Below, one piece after another: positions 1 through 9,210 of a stretch of DNA of 64,000 nt (position 1 is the first letter of the stretch; every line of letters begins with the position of its first letter). This stretch comes from Candidatus Yanofskybacteria bacterium (GTDB taxonomy: Bacteria > Patescibacteriota > Minisyncoccia > 2-02-FULL-40-12 > IGHO2-01-FULL-4-A): contig JACPNJ010000005.1 of NCBI GenBank assembly GCA_016185545.1, positions 4,549-68,548 on the forward strand. Reading direction: 5' to 3'. Under the pieces are notes generated by a model. That model had not been told where the DNA came from. It saw only the letters and a list, made by a program, of their open reading frames with translations, and searched no databases. Made by a program: the position numbers and the translations under genes.

Positions 1-1
1 G

Positions 2-1180
2 AAACAAAAAAATTTTTCAGAAGTATATTTACACCTGTTTTTAGACGGCAAAGATTCGGGTTTGCAAGAGTCGCCTGAATTATTGGGTAAATTGAACGTA
101 GAAATACAGGCTAACGGAATTGGCAAAATCGCTACTCTTATCGGCCGTAACTTTGCTATGGATCGCGATAATAATTGGGAATTGACCAAAAGTGCCTATG
201 AACTTTTGGTTTCGACTGTTGGCAAAACAAGCGACGATGTGTTGGCAACCATAAAAGAACATTATGTTTTGGGCGGGAACGATTCAAATATGTTGGCGAT
301 AATTGCCGGCAATTCAAATTTTACTGGCATATCGGATGATGATTCTTTAATTTTCTTCAATTTTCGCGAGGATAGCGTTAGGCAAATTCTTAAACCATTC
401 ATTGAGCCGAATTTTTCATGGTTTCCCATAAAAGTTTTTAAAAATATCTATGTTTGCACCATGACTAAATATTTGGAACCGCTGGCTGGCGGTTTGATTG
501 TACACGTAGCATTTGTTCCGCCTACGGTCATGAACGGTTTAGCTGAAATTTTAGAAATCAGCGGTAAAAAACAGTTACATATTGCCGAAACAGAAAAATA
601 TGGCCATGCAACTTTTTTCTTCAATGGCTTAAGATTGGATAAATATGCCAACGAAACGGATATTGCCATAGAATCCAATAAAGATAATCTGAGGAATCCG
701 GAAATGAAAAGTCAGGAAATAGCCATGAAAGTTGTTGAAGAGCTGAATAGTGACGTTTATGATTTTATTGTTATTAATTTTGCCAATGCTGATATCTTGG
801 CGCATACCGGCGATTTTGCCGCCGTGGTTAAGGGCGTGGAAGCAATCGATAATGCGCTGGGTTTGATTTATAATGTGGCTATTGTACAAAAAGATGGCAT
901 AATGATTGTTGCAGCCGACCATGGCAATGCCGAATCGCTCGTGTATCGTGGCAGTGGCGAAGCAGAAACCCGTCATGATGACAATCCGGTGCCGTTTTAT
1001 TTAGTAGGACGAAAATACCAAACAAACAAAATGCCAGAACAAATTGCGCTGGAAACAGGCGAGGTGTCTGGCATTCTCGCCGATATCGCCCCGACAATTC
1101 TGGAATTAATGGATATTCCCCAACCTCCCGAAATGACCGGCAAAAGTTTGTTATCAATACTGACTTTTTCCTCGTCTTAA
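2..1180 (+). CDS. gpmI: 2,3-bisphosphoglycerate-independent phosphoglycerate mutase, 5'-truncated at window edge
   Basis: Motifs GIGKIATLIGRNFAMDRD and ADHGNAE match iPGM. The frame is open upstream to position 2 (..HLFLDGKDS..), so the gene begins outside the window. Confidence 0.85.
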   Translation, partial: KQKNFSEVYLHLFLDGKDSGLQESPELLGKLNVEIQANGIGKIATLIGRNFAMDRDNNWELTKSAYELLVSTVGKTSDDVLATIKEHYVLGGNDSNMLAIIAGNSNFTGISDDDSLIFFNFREDSVRQILKPFIEPNFSWFPIKVFKNIYVCTMTKYLEPLAGGLIVHVAFVPPTVMNGLAEILEISGKKQLHIAETEKYGHATFFFNGLRLDKYANETDIAIESNKDNLRNPEMKSQEIAMKVVEELNSDVYDFIVINFANADILAHTGDFAAVVKGVEAIDNALGLIYNVAIVQKDGIMIVAADHGNAESLVYRGSGEAETRHDDNPVPFYLVGRKYQTNKMPEQIALETGEVSGILADIAPTILELMDIPQPPEMTGKSLLSILTFSSS

Positions 1181-2332
1181 AACTTTACTCGCTATACTGC
1201 GTGACAAAATGCCACCGCCTAAAACTTCTTGGCCACGGTAAAAGACGGCTGATTGGCCGGGAGTGAGAGCTTTGGCATGCTTTTTAAATTTAACCAGTTT
1301 TTTTGAAACAGTAGCCGGTATTGATTTGCTGCGATATCTGATTTTAATTTGGCAATTCAATGGTAACTTTGGTATTTTACTAACCCAACTTATTTTTTCT
1401 ATTTTTGATGTCGGGTTTTTTATATTTAATTTTGAAGGCGTATTAGTAACATAGATAATATTTTTTTGGATATTCTTACTTACGACAAAATACGGTCCTT
1501 TGCCGTCTTTGATGTCTAGTCCATGCCGCTGGCCTATGGTGTAGTAATAAGCGCCATCGTGGCGTCCGATAATTTTGTCCGTATCAATATGTATGATCTT
1601 CCCCAGTCCGGATTTAATATATTTTTTTAAAAATTTTTTCATGTCCAACTGTCCGATAAAACATACGCCCTGGCTGTCTTTTTTGTCGTGATTCGGTAAT
1701 CCGAACTTTTTAGCCAGTTTTCTGACCCCAGGTTTGGTATAATCCCCTATCGGAAAAATGCAATGTTTTAGCTGGTCTTGCGTAAGTGTCCACAAGAAAT
1801 AAGATTGGTCTTTATTCGAATCTTTGGCAATCAGTAACTGGTAACTGGTAACTGGTAACTGGTTTTTCGAACGCCTAATTACTAATTTAGGATTACTAAT
1901 TACGTTTCTTAATCGCACATAGTGACCAGTAGCAATACAATCCGCTCCTTCAACCAGCGCTTTTTTCAAAAATAAGCCAAATTTGATTTCTTTATTACAC
2001 ATAACATCGGGGTTGGGTGTAATTCCAGATCTATAAGAGTCAATCATATATCGTACTACCTCTTTTTCGTATTCTTTTGAAAAATCCCAGGTTTTGAAAG
2101 GAATGCCAAGCTTGGCGCATACTTTCATAGCATCCTGCCTGTCTTGCTGCCACAGACACGAACTGTTAACTGGCGGAGTCCAGGGTTTAAAAAAAACACC
2201 AGTCACTTTGTGACCTTGTTTTTTTAGTAATGCCGCAGCGACTGAAGAATCAACGCCCCCGCTCATTGCTACGAAGACTTTAGGTTTAAGAGTGGTATTT
2301 AATTGTTTGTGTTTAGTCCAGATTCTTGCCAT
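1154..2332 (-). CDS. mnmA: tRNA-specific 2-thiouridylase MnmA
   Basis: PP-loop VAMSGGVDSSVAA, central ATGHY, DSNKDQSYFLW. Carries an extra ~14 aa relative to E. coli MnmA that includes a heptamer tandem array. Confidence 0.9.
   Translation of the reverse strand: MARIWTKHKQLNTTLKPKVFVAMSGGVDSSVAAALLKKQGHKVTGVFFKPWTPPVNSSCLWQQDRQDAMKVCAKLGIPFKTWDFSKEYEKEVVRYMIDSYRSGITPNPDVMCNKEIKFGLFLKKALVEGADCIATGHYVRLRNVISNPKLVIRRSKNQLPVTSYQLLIAKDSNKDQSYFLWTLTQDQLKHCIFPIGDYTKPGVRKLAKKFGLPNHDKKDSQGVCFIGQLDMKKFLKKYIKSGLGKIIHIDTDKIIGRHDGAYYYTIGQRHGLDIKDGKGPYFVVSKNIQKNIIYVTNTPSKLNIKNPTSKIEKISWVSKIPKLPLNCQIKIRYRSKSIPATVSKKLVKFKKHAKALTPGQSAVFYRGQEVLGGGILSRSIASKVLRRGKSQY
1835..1862. repeat. Heptamer tandem array (taactgg)x4 inside the mnmA coding sequence
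   Basis: Four perfect head-to-tail copies; encodes ..QLPVTSYQLL.. in an insertion relative to other MnmA proteins. Confidence 0.9.
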
Positions 2333-2344
2333 ATTCTTTTCGTT

Positions 2345-2824
2345 TTAATTTAGCATCCAAATCGCATAGTTCAAGTACATCGCAAAACTGACCCAGAGAA
2401 TATATGGCAAAAGAAGCCAGGCAGCTGGTTTAGATATTTTTACAAAAGTGATAATCGTGGCGAGGATAGCGAGCCAGAGGAATATGATCTCAATAAACGC
2501 ACCGCCAGGACTGTGTAGTCCGAAAAAGATAATCGACCAAAGCGTATTCAAAACCAGCTGGCCGAGGAATATGCCGAGAGCGATTTTTACATCTCTGCGA
2601 TCCAGTCCTTTTTTCCAGACTAGGAACGCCGCGATGCCCATAAGCGCAAATAGTGTCGTCCAGACAGGACCAAACACCCACGCCGGAGGATTAAGAGCTG
2701 GCTTCACCAGTTCGGTATACCAGCTTGATTGAACCGCCGGCATCGTGAAAACTGCACCAATAATCCCCGCCGCTTCTGAAACGCCTATGGAGACTATTAA
2801 TTTGAAAAAGTTATTGATACTCAT
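2345..2824 (-). CDS. tspO: TspO/MBR family tryptophan-rich sensory protein
   Basis: Five TM helices; PPAWVFGPVWTTLFALMG signature. Confidence 0.85.
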   Translation of the reverse strand: MSINNFFKLIVSIGVSEAAGIIGAVFTMPAVQSSWYTELVKPALNPPAWVFGPVWTTLFALMGIAAFLVWKKGLDRRDVKIALGIFLGQLVLNTLWSIIFFGLHSPGGAFIEIIFLWLAILATIITFVKISKPAAWLLLPYILWVSFAMYLNYAIWMLN

Positions 2825-2962
2825 ATGTAATATTTTAACAAATTTTCTCGTCTATACCCATGACGACTTGAATTATCCCCAGATCATTGATTTCTCATCC
2901 CGAACCTGCTAACATGGAAATGTGGGTGATAAAGCCCTGTTTCTAAAGGTTTTGTACCAAAA

Positions 2963-3001
2963 GAGCGTGTCCTAGGTCTAGGGCCCGCTCTTTTGGTTTT
3001 T
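2963..3001 (+). terminator. Hairpin plus T-run (ccaaaagagcg..cgctcttttgg tttttt); possible end of a small + strand transcript
   Basis: Perfect 11-bp stem followed by a U-run on the + strand; no + strand CDS lies upstream. Confidence 0.4.
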
Positions 3002-3224
3002 ACCATATCTTGTAGAGGTACTTTTTATCAATCACCCTTTTCAAATCCTTATTCTTGCCGGTAAAATAATCTTTAATTGCTCCGCTTACAAGGTCGGATA
3101 ATTGCATCGAGTTTACATATTCGGAATTAACATGCGTGATGTGTTTTATCCGCTTAATCGTTTTGGTATTAACACGCCCGAATAAGTATTCGTCAAAACT
3201 GCTGAAATAATCGCCGTTATACAT
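3000..3224 (-). CDS. hypothetical small protein (possible Fic-like remnant, second fragment)
   Basis: ORF only; follows the Fic-like fragment in a different frame. Confidence 0.3.
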   Translation of the reverse strand: MYNGDYFSSFDEYLFGRVNTKTIKRIKHITHVNSEYVNSMQLSDLVSGAIKDYFTGKNKDLKRVIDKKYLYKIW

Positions 3225-3240
3225 TCTCCTGTCGGCTCGA

Positions 3241-3510
3241 TCAATTATGACTTCCGACTACGCGTGCGAGATTTTTCGCTTCAAAGAGCTCGCGCTCGGA
3301 AACGAACCGATCAAGATCGATCTGGAGAAGAATTTTTTCCGTCTCTTCCAGCGAAAGCGTACTGTTCTCGATAGCGTTAGAGTTGTACACCTGCTCCGGA
3401 ATTTCCGCCTCCGAGACCATCTTGAGCAATGATTCCTTCCCTGGTAGGACTTGGTAATAGCGCTCGCGAAGTTCGATTATTTTTTTGTATATGTTTAGCG
3501 TTCTGGCCAT
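3241..3510 (-). CDS. Fic/DOC-like N-terminal fragment (hypothetical)
   Basis: NSNAIENSTLSLEETEKIL resembles the Fic N-terminal S/T-x-x-IEG-N motif; no HPFx[DE]GNGR catalytic motif is present. Confidence 0.35.
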   Translation of the reverse strand: MARTLNIYKKIIELRERYYQVLPGKESLLKMVSEAEIPEQVYNSNAIENSTLSLEETEKILLQIDLDRFVSERELFEAKNLARVVGSHN

Positions 3511-3729
3511 ATAAGTTAAGTATAGTAAAGTTAACTCTTATTGTCAAATAACCGTGAATTATACCGAAAAATCTACTTATTTCACGATATTGCGTTAGAA
3601 AAGTCCTGATTTTGAGCAGTTGTATCACTGTAGTGCACAAAATCGGGACTTTTTGTGCAGTACACTATGCTAAAAATCCCTTTTTTGCATAGTGCAGTAT
3701 GGAAACTATGCAAAATAGTTTTAATTTGA

Positions 3730-4998
3730 TCAGTTCACGTAAATATTAGCAAACAAATCTAAACTCTTGATGGCTTGAAATTTCTTTATGTAATTTAAGG
3801 TTTCTTGACGTAAAACTTTTGTTGATGCGGGTAATCGAAACTGGCCGCTGATCCATGTCAGGCCGAATTTGTTGATAGAACTTGCAACTCTGCTTGGACC
3901 ACCATTATAAGTTGCGGCTAGCATTTCCTCGGTGATACCCAGTGACTGTACGATATCACGGCGCGTGATCTTGCCGGTTATGTCTTTTTTGTGGCTGTCA
4001 AAAAACAAAACCATTGCTTTGATTGCATTTACGTGGTTGGCCATGCCGGCATTATAATTTTTAATCAGTTTTGCCTGCGGATATTTTGCAACCATCAAAT
4101 CGTATGTTGATTTAATAAATTGAGCCATACCGGAAGCACCGGCCGGAGAACCGGTATAACGGTAAGCATAATTTTGATTAGCGCCAATAACTGTCAGTAC
4201 GCGTTCTGACAATTCTTTGCCGCCATCAGTGGCCGCATTAAAACTATCGGGATCTATATGTTCAATTAAAATTATATTACTGATAAAATCCCTGCTGATA
4301 TTTGCGGTAATAGGAATACGCGTATTTGAAAGCGAGGTTACTACTTTTTCGTCTAATTCAGTAAAGGCTTGATTAATACTCTTTGCCAAATACTTTTTGC
4401 CGGCCTCTATTATTTCTGGCGATTGAATCCTGCCTGAATATGGAGCGTAAATTATATCAGTATATTGTTTGGCTGATTTTTCCGGCAGTCCTATGAGATG
4501 CGAACTCAGGAGCGGGTATTTATTGGCAACTACCACAAATTCAGGGTGCTCTGGAAACTCGTAGTCCGTATTAAAACTGTTCCACCAGTTCACTTTCACG
4601 CCAATCCCCTGCACGTCCTGCACGACATCGCATGTCGTGCAGGGTAAAATGGTGATAATTCCGGTTTTTTTGAAGTTTTTAATCTCATCCTCGCTGACCC
4701 ATACCATATGTTCAAAAATTTCCCCTGTATTTTTATTAAGAATAGCCAGTGTAATTTGTTTGCGGAGCGCATCATATTTTAGTGGCGGTGATTTTTTTAA
4801 TAATTCAATTCCCTCTCGGATATTTTGCGTAGTTATCAATTGAGTTGCTTGGTCCGCGTAAAATATCATGTCAGATTCATTTACAACCGTCAATTCCCTG
4901 GCATAATCAAGATTAATTAAAGTTAAAAATCCGGTTGATATTACCGTAAGCAATAAAAAATAAAAATATCCTGATTTTAACCAGGTTTGCGGTTTCAA
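3730..4998 (-). CDS. membrane-anchored SLT-domain lytic transglycosylase-like protein
   Basis: N-terminal TM helix; GSPAGASGMAQFI resembles the SLT GLMQ motif. Confidence 0.6.
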   Translation of the reverse strand: MKPQTWLKSGYFYFLLLTVISTGFLTLINLDYARELTVVNESDMIFYADQATQLITTQNIREGIELLKKSPPLKYDALRKQITLAILNKNTGEIFEHMVWVSEDEIKNFKKTGIITILPCTTCDVVQDVQGIGVKVNWWNSFNTDYEFPEHPEFVVVANKYPLLSSHLIGLPEKSAKQYTDIIYAPYSGRIQSPEIIEAGKKYLAKSINQAFTELDEKVVTSLSNTRIPITANISRDFISNIILIEHIDPDSFNAATDGGKELSERVLTVIGANQNYAYRYTGSPAGASGMAQFIKSTYDLMVAKYPQAKLIKNYNAGMANHVNAIKAMVLFFDSHKKDITGKITRRDIVQSLGITEEMLAATYNGGPSRVASSINKFGLTWISGQFRLPASTKVLRQETLNYIKKFQAIKSLDLFANIYVN

Positions 4999-5001
4999 AA
5001 T

Positions 5002-6300
5002 TTATAAATTTTGTTCTATGACAGTTGCCTTATTCAATACGGCATTGGCGTAATAATTACAGATGCGCGATGAACACTTCGTACTGCCGCCGATATAAGC
5101 TTTTGCGGCGCCCTTCTCAGCGATACGCGTTTGGGCCGTAGCTCCGCCATTGGCAAGTTTAATTGCGGATGCCATAAATGCATCTTCTATATTCCACGGG
5201 TTTGGTGGACGATGTCCGGTTAATTCTGCTACCCGATCTTCATATGCCAACCAGGTGGTTGATATGAATTGAGCCGGTCCTAATGCTCCGCCGCAACCGT
5301 AGTTTGGTTCGCGTGATACTTTAACAGCATCGGGATTTAATCCTAGCTTGCTTGTAATTTCCAAAAATGCTGCTTTCTCCGTTTCGGCGCGGCTGGATTT
5401 GCCAAGTTTAATGTAACAATTGTACATATCGGTTAACCAATTTCCCGTCCCGACATTACGGCCAAGACCGGATTCTACCTCAAGTATGGCTATTAAAAAC
5501 GCCGGCCTTATGCCTACGCGTATTGCCGCCAGCTGACCGAATTTAATCGCTTCCTCCACGCTTACGCCATTTTGCTGCAAATAAAATACCTGTTCTTTTA
5601 TACGTTCAATATCTTGCTTAGATTGCTTTACTAATTGCTGGAATTTAGTCTCTTGTCCTTTTGTTTCTTTTAAAAACAGGTCTTTGCTTTTTTTGGCATT
5701 ATCCAAATTTCTTTTTTCCGATTGCTGTAAGCCGTTTAATTTTTCCAATTCAGCCTTTTTATCCAAAAGATTGTCTTTTTTTTGTTCCAGGTCTGTTTTG
5801 AGATCTTTGATGCCGATAATGGTAGTCCGCAGATTGTTTTGAGTATCTTGCAAATTTTTTAAATTATCAAAAAAGTTGGAAAGAGTCGCGTGCTTAAAAA
5901 GTACTTGGGTGAGATTTTCCTGATCAGCTTGATAAAGTATCTTGATATATTTAGCGAGCGCTTCTTTGTGAGTATCAAGCTTGCTCTGGGTAATTTCAAT
6001 CTGCTCCTGTGTATTAACAGTTTCAATATTTGTTTGCTCAATGGCAATTCCAATGCTCCTAATTTCAAGCTGGACCTTTTTTATCTGGACGTTAAGGCTA
6101 CCGATTTCACCAGCTAAAGTTCTTGCTTTCTGGCTGTTTTCATCAATTTGCCCCTGGTATGTGTCTATCTGTTTCTGTAGTTCCTCAATCTGTTTGTTGC
6201 GCGCGTCAATTTCTTCCTGTAATCCGGCAGAAGTGTCGGAAACAGGCAAAATAAAAACTACGATCAAAAAAAAGATTGTAAAAATAATAACCCGCTTCAT
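5002..6300 (-). CDS. secreted coiled-coil protein with C-terminal family-3 lytic transglycosylase domain
   Basis: Signal peptide, long Q/E/K-rich coiled coil, EVESGLGRN catalytic Glu region and GALGPAQFISTTW (MltB/SLT_2-like). Confidence 0.65.
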   Translation of the reverse strand: MKRVIIFTIFFLIVVFILPVSDTSAGLQEEIDARNKQIEELQKQIDTYQGQIDENSQKARTLAGEIGSLNVQIKKVQLEIRSIGIAIEQTNIETVNTQEQIEITQSKLDTHKEALAKYIKILYQADQENLTQVLFKHATLSNFFDNLKNLQDTQNNLRTTIIGIKDLKTDLEQKKDNLLDKKAELEKLNGLQQSEKRNLDNAKKSKDLFLKETKGQETKFQQLVKQSKQDIERIKEQVFYLQQNGVSVEEAIKFGQLAAIRVGIRPAFLIAILEVESGLGRNVGTGNWLTDMYNCYIKLGKSSRAETEKAAFLEITSKLGLNPDAVKVSREPNYGCGGALGPAQFISTTWLAYEDRVAELTGHRPPNPWNIEDAFMASAIKLANGGATAQTRIAEKGAAKAYIGGSTKCSSRICNYYANAVLNKATVIEQNL

Positions 6301-6453
6301 CCCGTAAGAAGTAGTGACAACTGCATGTAAGTTTTACTTACAATTGCCGTACTAGCGTTATTAAAGTAAGGCCTTGCCCTGTAATCCCGTTAGGGCTACT
6401 TCTAACGGGACTCATGTGGGTTATTATAACAAATTCTGATTATTATTAAATCT

Positions 6454-6930
6454 TTACGGGTTGATGACTATCTGACCTTTTATAGATGGGTTTAGGTGGT
6501 CGTGCCAGGGGCAAGTTTTGGCTTCGTTAAACTTGAAAGAATAGGACTCGCCGTTATTTAAACCGTGGAGAGCGTCAAAACCGGGGCAAATCTGGTGTGT
6601 CGGGTGTACTCCTGATGCCGGCCAATGCAGAGTACTATTGCTATTAACGAATTTAACCGTATCACCGGCTTTAATAGTAACTATGTTAGGAGTAGCCGTT
6701 CCATTGGCAAAATTGATAATCATAGTTTGGCTTTTGGGAGTAATACTTACTGTGGGGCTGACTGTCGCGGTAGTATTGTCAGTTACCGAAACTGTCGGGC
6801 TTGGACTAATGCTTGCACTGGCCGTTGGTGATTCAGTTTGTTCCGGCGCAATCGCCGTTTTGTTTTTAAACGCCGCGACTGCCGCTATAATACCGGCTAC
6901 AATAATAAAAATTAGTAACGCCTTTTTCAT
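6454..6930 (-). CDS. membrane-anchored cupredoxin-like protein with S/T/P-rich linker
   Basis: N-terminal TM, PT-rich linker, TIKAGDTVKFVN..HWP..CPWHDH plastocyanin-like pattern. Confidence 0.5.
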   Translation of the reverse strand: MKKALLIFIIVAGIIAAVAAFKNKTAIAPEQTESPTASASISPSPTVSVTDNTTATVSPTVSITPKSQTMIINFANGTATPNIVTIKAGDTVKFVNSNSTLHWPASGVHPTHQICPGFDALHGLNNGESYSFKFNEAKTCPWHDHLNPSIKGQIVINP

Positions 6931-7098
6931 GGAATCAATATATGCTATGCATAATAATGCCGTGGTTAAAATTATTTACCCCGGTATTAATTTTGCGGCT
7001 AGCACATTGATAAAGCACTCATATTATTTTTTTTTAAATTGTAGCATAAAAATAATATTATTGGAAAGTATTATCAAAAATGATAATCTAATTTACAA

Positions 7099-8427
7099 AT
7101 GGTAGGTAAACTCAAAAACTATTTTTTCGGGTCTATATTCCGTCGTGGAGCGACGCTTTTGACTTTTTTAACATTAGGTAGTTATGTACTCGGTCTGGTA
7201 CGGGATATGCTATTTGCCCGGGTTTTCGGCGCTTCGCGCCTGCTTGATGTTTATTATGCCTCCTTTATTATTCCTGATTTTCTTCTCAACATTTTTGTTG
7301 CCGGTGCTTTAACGGCGGCGTTTGTACCAATATTCACATATCTTTACGCTCGTAACGAAAATGTGGAAGCCGAAAAAGTTGCGACCACAATGCTGGTTGC
7401 CGCACCTTTAATTCTGCTGATATTAGCCATACCAGTTTTTATTTTTATGCCGCGTTTGGCCGATGTTGTTGCTCCCGGTTTCGCGTTCGAGGACAAAGAA
7501 TTGCTAGTTCTGATGGCTCGTATCTTGCTTCTATCCCCCATAATTTTTGCCGTTTCTAACACGCTTGGCAATATTTTAATATCTTTTGAGAGATTTTGGG
7601 GTTATGGTTTAGCACCAATTTTTTACAATCTAGGCATTATTATTGGTATTCCTCTCGCCAGAATATTTGGGCCGCTAGGTTTGATTGAAGGCGTAGTCAT
7701 TGGGGCATTACTGCATCTTGCCGTTCGCTGGGCCGATATCGCTAAAAATCGGATACGTTGGCGTTTTCCGGTCCAATGGCGCCATCCTGAATTCCGCAAA
7801 ATTCTTAAACTGATGATTCCGCGCATGGCCGGTCAGCCGATTGAACAAATTACTTTTTTTATTTTTACCAATATCGCTTCAACACTGACGGTCGGCTCAA
7901 TTGTGGTGTTAAGTTTTGCCCGTAACTTCCAAAGCGTTCCGGTGAGCTTATTCGGCATCGCGTTTTCTACAGCGGTTTTCTCTTCTCTTGCCAAAAAAGC
8001 AGCCCTAGGCGATAGAGCCGGCTTCTTGCATCATTTGCGCGAAACGGCTAAAGCTTTAGGGATCATGACCGGCTTATCCGCATTATTTTTCTTTTTTTTC
8101 GGGGAATGGATCGTGCGCCTTCTTCTTGGCGGCGGCCGCTTTGTTGAATCTGATGTAATACGTACCGGCCAGCTTCTTGCCGTTTTTGCCTTCGCTATCC
8201 CAGCCGAGAGTTTCATGCACCTTATTGCTCGCTCTTTCTATGCCCTTAAAGACACTTGGACTCCGCTTCTTGTTACTCTGCCCGGTTTGATCCTGATAGC
8301 CGTTTTAGCCAAGCTCTTACTGCCGCTCATGTCTCTTAACGCTTTACCGTTTAGTTTTTTTGTCGGCCTTACGCTTGAGGTGGTAATTTTAACTTTTATA
8401 CTTCTGCGTAAATTACGCAGATTATAG
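7099..8427 (+). CDS. murJ: lipid II flippase MurJ/MviN family
   Basis: GLVRDMLFARVFGAS..DVYYASFIIPDFLLNIFVAGALTAAFVPIF matches the MurJ N-terminus; polytopic membrane protein. Confidence 0.85.
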   Translation: MVGKLKNYFFGSIFRRGATLLTFLTLGSYVLGLVRDMLFARVFGASRLLDVYYASFIIPDFLLNIFVAGALTAAFVPIFTYLYARNENVEAEKVATTMLVAAPLILLILAIPVFIFMPRLADVVAPGFAFEDKELLVLMARILLLSPIIFAVSNTLGNILISFERFWGYGLAPIFYNLGIIIGIPLARIFGPLGLIEGVVIGALLHLAVRWADIAKNRIRWRFPVQWRHPEFRKILKLMIPRMAGQPIEQITFFIFTNIASTLTVGSIVVLSFARNFQSVPVSLFGIAFSTAVFSSLAKKAALGDRAGFLHHLRETAKALGIMTGLSALFFFFFGEWIVRLLLGGGRFVESDVIRTGQLLAVFAFAIPAESFMHLIARSFYALKDTWTPLLVTLPGLILIAVLAKLLLPLMSLNALPFSFFVGLTLEVVILTFILLRKLRRL

Positions 8428-8449
8428 AGGTCGATCCCTATAGCAATCT

Positions 8450-9205
8450 CTAATTAGAGTAAACAACCACGATAGTTTTAGCGCCAGTTTTAATATATTC
8501 TTCCGGATTGGCAACTGGCCAACCGTCGCCGCCAGTCGGGGCATCATGAATGGCATTAAATAAAACCTTGTCATCATAGACATAATTCTGGCCCCGCTTT
8601 GTTCCAACATCATTGGTGATAAAATCACCATTCTTAGTGATACCTTTGATTATAAGCATATGATAAACTGGCCCCGGCTGGCGATAATATGGATTTGCAG
8701 CCAATCGTCCGGCCAGCGGCACAATAACCGGTCTACCGGCGGCCATAACGTGCGACTTGATGTCTTCTGCAGAAACATTCGTCAGAACATCAACCCTTTT
8801 GTAACCGAAATATTCACGCAACATAATTGCGGTTTCTTTTGCCGTAGTGTGAAAATAATAACCAAACCTCTTTTTTTGCCAATCAACTAAATTTAGAATT
8901 TCTTTATCAACTGTTTCCGGCGTAGCCAGCTCATTTTTATAAAATTTATCCACTAAAATCGATGAGGTTTCTTCGCAGGCCTCTTGATAAGGAAGCTCCC
9001 AGTTGCCGAAAGGCGCTTGGGGTAAAAACGGTACGTCTAAATTTATGCCCGCAAACGGCCTTATCGTTCCTGATTGAATTGTTATGGGTGGTAGGTTCTT
9101 TTTTTTCCATTCTAAGGCAAAATCCCGTATATTATTACGGAAAAAAACCATAAACAATAAAACCGCAATAAACGCAATGCTAAAAATAAATAATCCCCTT
9201 TTCAT
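8450..9205 (-). CDS. C39-like peptidase domain protein (membrane-anchored)
   Basis: N-terminal TM; YQEACEETSSILV resembles the Peptidase_C39_2 active-site Cys region. Confidence 0.5.
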   Translation of the reverse strand: MKRGLFIFSIAFIAVLLFMVFFRNNIRDFALEWKKKNLPPITIQSGTIRPFAGINLDVPFLPQAPFGNWELPYQEACEETSSILVDKFYKNELATPETVDKEILNLVDWQKKRFGYYFHTTAKETAIMLREYFGYKRVDVLTNVSAEDIKSHVMAAGRPVIVPLAGRLAANPYYRQPGPVYHMLIIKGITKNGDFITNDVGTKRGQNYVYDDKVLFNAIHDAPTGGDGWPVANPEEYIKTGAKTIVVVYSN

Positions 9206-9210
9206 TAAAA

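Noticed and set aside
62-1180. The TTG start at 62 for the phosphoglycerate mutase gene
   Set aside because: The frame stays open to the window edge and the upstream residues (HLFLDGKDS) are conserved iPGM sequence, so the gene is 5'-truncated by the window.
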